A stretch of DNA of 5,711 bases from Adineta steineri. Lineage: Eukaryota. The DNA lies in contig CAJNOE010000390.1 of assembly GCA_905250035.1 (NCBI GenBank), positions 62,389-68,099 of the forward strand, in the 5' to 3' direction. The translations under genes were made by a program, and so were the position numbers. Below the pieces are notes generated by a model. That model saw nothing but the letters and a program-made list of their open reading frames with translations, searched no databases and was not told the DNA's origin. Below, piece by piece: positions 5,602-5,711 of the stretch; the first letter of the stretch is position 1, and the number at the start of each line of letters is the position of its first letter.

Positions 5602-5711
5602 TTAAATAACATAACGATGGTTATTTGATCCATCTTCTTTTGTCAAAACTTCTTTTAACAAATATTGGATGATCGAGAATATACGTAAAAATCGTTCGAT
5701 GATGTAATTAG
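5602..5711 (-). CDS. Possible 3'-terminal coding exon of an unidentified upstream minus-strand gene (partial, runs off the window)
   Basis: The minus frame is open from the window edge (5709) for 35 codons, NYIIERFLRIFSIIQYLLKEVLTKEDGSNNHRYVI, then TAA at 5604..5602. The codon usage looks protein-like, but I recognise no family. Thirty-five open codons in sequence this AT-rich is only weak evidence. Confidence 0.3.
   Translation of the reverse strand, partial: NYIIERFLRIFSIIQYLLKEVLTKEDGSNNHRYVI

Noticed and set aside
1-5711. Prokaryotic-style interpretation (operon, defence island, CRISPR, Shine-Dalgarno sites)
   Set aside because: Coding frames are continuous only after removing short GT-AG introns. 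The gene families are metazoan-type: signal-peptide/GPI proteins, TRAF and ZZ fingers. No direct-repeat or spacer arrays were seen.

Overview
No database search or computation was run. All homology calls below are by-eye alignments to family sequences recalled from memory.

**Overall:** this is AT-rich, gene-dense eukaryotic nuclear DNA, not prokaryotic. The six-frame ORF fragments join into long frames only when short GT-AG introns of 46-61 nt are removed. I found eight such introns. All complete genes end in TAA.

**Genes, left to right:**
1. A 5'-partial SDR39U1/YfcH-type epimerase-family gene on the + strand, with 4 exons ending at 1160.
2. A convergent minus-strand gene (1653..2793) encoding TRAF-type and ZZ-type zinc fingers. 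Its 5' RING-encoding part has lost zinc ligands and carries an in-frame TAA.
3. and 4. Two tandem, divergent minus-strand paralogues (3317..4088 and 4451..5381). Each has a signal peptide, a six-cysteine domain that aligns with the agrin N-terminal (NtA) TIMP-like fold, and a C-terminal hydrophobic GPI-signal or TM tail.
5. A possible 3'-terminal exon of a further minus-strand gene at the right edge (5602..5711).

No rRNA, tRNA, CRISPR array or clear transposon coding sequence was seen.

**Most notable points:**
- the NtA-like tandem pair;
- the decayed or interrupted RING;
- splice-acceptor-like sequences just upstream of the three minus-strand start codons, which may indicate spliced-leader trans-splicing or 5'UTR introns;
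- a perfect 14-bp inverted repeat in the unresolved 5' region of the first gene.

**Source organism:** it cannot be determined from the sequence alone. Intron size, AT-rich codon usage and the gene families fit a compact invertebrate genome. A bdelloid rotifer is only a guess.
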